Positions 63,654 to 64,000 of a DNA stretch of 64,000 bases are shown in pieces. A model generated the notes under the pieces. It was not told the DNA's origin, did no database searches, and was given only the letters and a program-made list of their open reading frames with translations. The translations under genes were made by a program, and so were the position numbers. Positions within the stretch are counted from its first letter, which is position 1; each line of letters starts with the position of its first letter. This DNA is from an uncultured Gammaproteobacteria bacterium (GTDB lineage: Bacteria > Patescibacteriota > Microgenomatia > Levybacterales > UBA12049), in contig CAZFRF010000001.1 in NCBI GenBank assembly GCA_964521295.1, positions 850,066-914,065 on the forward strand, in the 5' to 3' direction.

Positions 63654-64000
63654 GCTTTTAAGTTTTTTTCTTCAAACCTTGCTCTTATAATTAATACAGG
63701 CAATATTACTAAGGTATAAAAGGAAAGTCCTAGAAAAGAGTTGTTTGCGATGCTTGCACCAATTAAGGTAAATGAAATACCAAGATACATTGGGTGGTTA
63801 AAATATTTATATAATCCTGTTTTTACCCTTTTATTTTTTTGTGGTAGTACTCCAAATGATTTTCCTAAATTAACGTAGGATATTATCCAGACAATTACTC
63901 CGATAATGGCAATAATTATTCCAACAATATTAAGTAGAGAATAATTTAGATTTTCTCTAAAAAAAGCTAAATAAATATTTAATAAATATAGAGAAGGAAT
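63650..64000 (-). CDS. C-terminal part of an ICMT/PEMT-family membrane methyltransferase; the 5' end lies beyond the window
   Basis: Manual minus-strand translation: '...LGKSFGVLPQKNKRVKTGLYKYFNHPMYLGISFTLIGASIANNSFLGLSFYTLVILPVLIIRARFEEKNLKA*'. The RHPxY-like 'NHPMYLG' and C-terminal 'RFEEKNL' match the ICMT/PEMT signature. Its stop overlaps the rpmB stop. Confidence 0.55.
   Translation of the reverse strand: MPSLYLLNIYLAFFRENLNYSLLNIVGIIIAIIGVIVWIISYVNLGKSFGVLPQKNKRVKTGLYKYFNHPMYLGISFTLIGASIANNSFLGLSFYTLVILPVLIIRARFEEKNLKA

Overview
This is a 64-kb, gene-dense window from a low-GC bacterial genome that uses the standard genetic code. TGA terminates the sortase gene and the first comEC segment. 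Several features suggest a reduced, Gram-positive-like, possibly CPR/Patescibacteria-like organism: a short LeuS, extended L10/L1/L28/NusG, a VKOR-DsbA pair, a sortase plus a FemAB-like gene, and a split ComEC. No taxonomy can be proven from sequence alone.

- **Left 16.6 kb:** one giant minus-strand gene of at least 5,527 codons that runs off the window edge, which is why the ORF track does not list it.
  - It begins with two tandem tyrosine-recombinase-like 'SAM/core-binding' repeats that appear cytoplasmic.
  - One TM helix follows.
  - The rest is kilobases of tail-fibre-like 'GNVGIGTTxP...LEINS' repeat units, two CBM4_9-like jelly-roll inserts and Kelch-like repeats.
  - It also carries perfect and near-perfect intragenic DNA repeats.
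- **18.0-24.5 kb:** a six-gene minus-strand surface-protein cluster with tandemly duplicated modules.
  - The secreted proteins carry WxL-like (here YxL/YxA) C-terminal domains.
  - Each is paired with a signal-peptide protein anchored by a C-terminal TM helix, giving a csc/WxL-like architecture.
- **Translation and competence genes:** a translationally coupled leuS-comEA-comEC operon, with comEC split into membrane and MBL parts; argS.
- **Duplicated hydrolase genes:** two tandem paralogous membrane-anchored GH26-like/DNRLRE-like genes whose 5' ends and promoters are near-identical.
- **Housekeeping and envelope genes:** an M16 peptidase, ndk, a VKOR/DsbA pair, a sortase, mreB, and a TagA-like GT26.
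- **46.0-46.9 kb:** an 890-bp gene-free AT-rich region containing palindromes.
- **Ribosomal-protein cluster:** rplK-rplA-nusG-secE is split from rplJ-rplL by a 7.3-kb insert. The insert encodes a transglutaminase-like/DegT/FemAB-like operon and several compositionally distinct enzymes.
- **Right end:** galU, a PAP2 phosphatase, a candidate structured ncRNA, a tRNA cluster (Thr-Tyr-Thr, rpmG, Trp), an M50 protease, rpmB, and a 5'-truncated ICMT-family methyltransferase.
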